This document shows positions 61,487 through 64,000 of a stretch of 64,000 bases of DNA, piece by piece; position 1 is the stretch's first letter, and each line of letters opens with the position of its first letter. This DNA is from an uncultured SAR86 cluster bacterium. GTDB lineage: Bacteria > Pseudomonadota > Gammaproteobacteria > Magnimaribacterales > D2472. The notes under the pieces are model-generated. The model was given only the letters and a program-made list of their open reading frames with translations. It did no database searches and had not been told where the DNA came from. A program made the translations under genes and the position numbers. The stretch lies in NCBI GenBank assembly GCA_902631785.1, contig CACOZT010000001.1, positions 19,453 to 83,452 of the forward strand. The letters are read 5' to 3'.

Positions 61487-62157
61487 TTAAAAATATAAAT
61501 TCAATTAATAGCAGTATCAATGAATTATGTTCATCAATTAACAGAAATAAAGAGGAGATAACTTTAATTGCTGTTTCAAAGAAAAAAGACTTCAAATTAA
61601 TTGAAATAGCTCTTGAGAATGGAATATATAATTTTGGAGAAAATTATGCTCAAGAGCTTGAAGAAAAGTCATCATTGATAAATTCAACTGACATAGTTTG
61701 GCATTTTATAGGGCCAGTTCAATCTAATAAGGTAAAAATGATCTCAAAGAATGCTGATTGGATTCATACCCTTGATAGAGAGAAAATTATCAAAAAATTT
61801 AATGATGAGTGTAAAAAAATTAACAAAGTAATTAATGGTTGTATTCAAGTAAACATTTCATCTGAAGAATCAAAAAGCGGATGCAGTTCAGATGACCTTT
61901 TTGATATAGCTAAATTAGTTGAGTCTATGGAAAATATAAAATTAAAAGGCATAATGGCTCTCCCAAAATTAACAAATGACAAAGAAGAAAGAGACTTTAT
62001 GATGAAAGAAGTAATAACTTTAAGCTGTAAATTAAAAAAAATTTATCCCGAAGCTGACGTAGTGTCTCTGGGAACTACTTCTGATTTTAAAGATGCGATA
62101 ATCCATGGCTCAAATATGCTTAGAATTGGAGAGTCAATTTTTGGTAAAAGAACATGA
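61471..62157 (+). CDS. yggS: PLP homeostasis protein
   Basis: LIAVSK, FGENYAQE, WHFIGPVQSNK, RIGESIFG. Confidence 0.94.
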   Translation: MQRELIKNINSINSSINELCSSINRNKEEITLIAVSKKKDFKLIEIALENGIYNFGENYAQELEEKSSLINSTDIVWHFIGPVQSNKVKMISKNADWIHTLDREKIIKKFNDECKKINKVINGCIQVNISSEESKSGCSSDDLFDIAKLVESMENIKLKGIMALPKLTNDKEERDFMMKEVITLSCKLKKIYPEADVVSLGTTSDFKDAIIHGSNMLRIGESIFGKRT

Positions 62158-62942
62158 AAGATATAGTTTTTTTTGGTGGAGGTAATATTGCGCAAGCATT
62201 GATTGCAGGGCTTACATCAAATGGTGTAGAAAAGAAAAAAATATTTTTTATTGATAGGAATACTCTTAATCAAAAAAAATTACATAGATTAGGAATTAAG
62301 AGCTTAAAAAAATCAAGAATTGATATCGATTTATTTATTTTGTCTGTAAAACCTAAAGATGCTCTAGAGGCCTATAAAGAAATTTTAAATAGCTATAGAA
62401 AACCTAAAATTATTAGTCTTGTAGCAGGGATAAAATCTTCAACTTACACTAAACTAAATAAAGATATTGAATTCATGAGGGCAATGCCAAATACTGCTGC
62501 AAAGTATAGCCAAGGAATTACTGCTTTATATAATTCGTCTTTTAAAAAAAATAGTTTAAAAAAAGCTCATTCCCTATTTTCAAAATTAGGTACAGTAATT
62601 GAAGTAGATAGTGATTCAAAAATAGATACTTTTACTGGAGTCATTGGAAGTGGTCCTGCATACTTTTTTCAAACACTAAAATCATTTGAAAAAAAACTTA
62701 TGAAATTGTGCAATCAAGATGAAAAAATTGTCAGAGAAATTATTGCAAATCTTATGAAAGGCGTAGGATCATCAATAGAGAATGATGGAGACTTGGATAA
62801 TCTAATAAAAGCAGTAGCTTCAAAAAAAGGCACAACTGAAGCTGGTTTAAAGTCTCTCAAATCAAATAAACTTAATCAAATCTTTGAAAAAGGATTAAGT
62901 GCTGCAATTAAAAGATCAAAGGAAATTTCAAATGAGTTCTAA
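62154..62942 (+). CDS. proC: Pyrroline-5-carboxylate reductase
   Basis: GGGNIA, VKP, RAMPNT, GSGPAY, SKKGTT. Confidence 0.93.
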   Translation: MKDIVFFGGGNIAQALIAGLTSNGVEKKKIFFIDRNTLNQKKLHRLGIKSLKKSRIDIDLFILSVKPKDALEAYKEILNSYRKPKIISLVAGIKSSTYTKLNKDIEFMRAMPNTAAKYSQGITALYNSSFKKNSLKKAHSLFSKLGTVIEVDSDSKIDTFTGVIGSGPAYFFQTLKSFEKKLMKLCNQDEKIVREIIANLMKGVGSSIENDGDLDNLIKAVASKKGTTEAGLKSLKSNKLNQIFEKGLSAAIKRSKEISNEF

Positions 62943-63456
62943 TATACAAATACTTGGGCTCATTTTAAGTATATTGAATTATGCCCTTATATTTCTTTTC
63001 ATCTTTAACTTAATGAAAGTGAATTATTACAATCAAATTGTTTCTATATTTGTCAAAGCATATAGTCCCATAGCTAAAATATTCTCTCCATTACCAGTCC
63101 AGGCTCTAAATATTTTAATCATAGCCATAGTATTTAAACTTTCATCACTTGTAATATATTTTGGTGATCAGTATGAGATTACAACCTTAATAGGAGTTTC
63201 AATAATTCAAACAATAATGGTGATTTTACGGATCATATTTTTTGCTGTTATAGGGGGTGTGATTTTAAGCTGGGTATCACCCTCAAAATCAAATGCTTTT
63301 TTAGAATTAGTTGAAGAAATTTCCTATAAATCTTTGATGCCTATTAGGAATTATATTCCATCAGCTGGAGGACTAGACTTCTCTCCTCTTTTTGTTTTGA
63401 TTCTCATAAATTTAATTGAATCTTTTCTATCAGATGTGCTTAGGTCAATAGTATGA
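62932..63456 (+). CDS. yggT: YggT family membrane protein
   Basis: ILSWV, P.R..IP..GGLDFSP; yggS-proC-yggT synteny. Confidence 0.9.
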   Translation: MSSNIQILGLILSILNYALIFLFIFNLMKVNYYNQIVSIFVKAYSPIAKIFSPLPVQALNILIIAIVFKLSSLVIYFGDQYEITTLIGVSIIQTIMVILRIIFFAVIGGVILSWVSPSKSNAFLELVEEISYKSLMPIRNYIPSAGGLDFSPLFVLILINLIESFLSDVLRSIV

Positions 63457-64000
63457 AGATAGAAACGAAATTAATTCATTTTTCAAAGGGAATTATTCTT
63501 GAATCAGGTGAGAAACTCGATTCATTTGATTTGATGGTTGAGACCTATGGTGATTTAAATGAAAACAAATCAAATGCAATTCTTTTATGTCATGCTTTTT
63601 CAGGTAATCATCATGCAGCTGGAAAAAATGATGATTTTGGAGTCGGTTGGTGGGATCAATTAGTTGGACCAGATAAACCAATTGATACTAATAAATATTT
63701 TGTTGTTTGTTGCAATAATCTTGGTGGATGCGCAGGATCATCTGGACCAGCTTCAACCAATTCATCATCAGGAAAAGTATTCGGAAAATCTTTTCCTCAA
63801 GTAAGTGTCTTAGATTGGGTTAACTCACAAAAAATGCTTATGGATGAATTAAATATAGATTATTGGCATTTTATTGCTGGTGGAAGTCTTGGCGGAATGC
63901 AGGCCCTTCAATGGTCAATTTCATATCCAGATAAAGTTAAAAAGGCTGGAATTTTTGCTGCAGCCGCGAAATCTAGCTCTCAGAATATTGCAATGAATGA
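63453..64000 (+). CDS. metX: Homoserine O-acetyl/succinyltransferase, 3' truncated, absent from ORF track
   Basis: Manual translation MKIETK...ETYG.LN..KSNAILLCHAFSGNHHAAG...WWD.LVGP.KPIDT...GGSLGGMQALQW. Confidence 0.95.
   Translation, partial: MKIETKLIHFSKGIILESGEKLDSFDLMVETYGDLNENKSNAILLCHAFSGNHHAAGKNDDFGVGWWDQLVGPDKPIDTNKYFVVCCNNLGGCAGSSGPASTNSSSGKVFGKSFPQVSVLDWVNSQKMLMDELNIDYWHFIAGGSLGGMQALQWSISYPDKVKKAGIFAAAAKSSSQNIAMN

Noticed and set aside
274-63681. Many short ORF-track entries antisense or out of frame within core genes (e.g. 1641-1868, 19460-19849, 21099-21539, 23423-23731, 38303-38638, 63493-63681)
   Set aside because: They overlap well-supported genes and show no motifs; treated as shadow ORFs
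1-64000. CRISPR array, rRNA, IS elements, retron or other RT loci
   Set aside because: Intergenic gaps are under about 160 nt; no regularly spaced repeats, transposase or RT motifs seen

Overview
AT-rich, tightly packed chromosomal segment with many overlapping stop/start codons and several TTG/GTG starts. Gene order and content point to a streamlined marine gammaproteobacterium, SAR86-like by inference only. Most of the window is core housekeeping: surA-pdxA-rsmA-apaH-cca; folK-folB-tsaD/rpsU; rph-pyrE; spoT-rpoZ-gmk-yicC; ubiCA; GS-ntrB-ntrC; mutY-yggX; tRNA-Phe; rppH-lgt-thyA-folA; a six-gene TtpC-type TonB operon; efp-argS; yggS-proC-yggT-metX. Three features are missing from the ORF track: a 57-aa rubredoxin, tRNA-Phe(GAA) and a 5' part of metX. 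The best candidate for an undescribed system is a 3.7-kb four-gene insertion (5945-9636). It holds an operon of an unknown protein, a DUF559/Vsr-like endonuclease and a divergent but catalytically intact exonuclease I, transcribed away from a gene with a ribbon-helix-helix-like motif, with a palindrome in between; a defence or DNA-processing role is possible. Two apparent in-place gene replacements also stand out: a T4-phage-like thymidylate synthase in lgt-thyA-folA and a type II glutamine synthetase in the glnA slot before ntrBC. All family calls come from motif recognition by eye; no searches were run.
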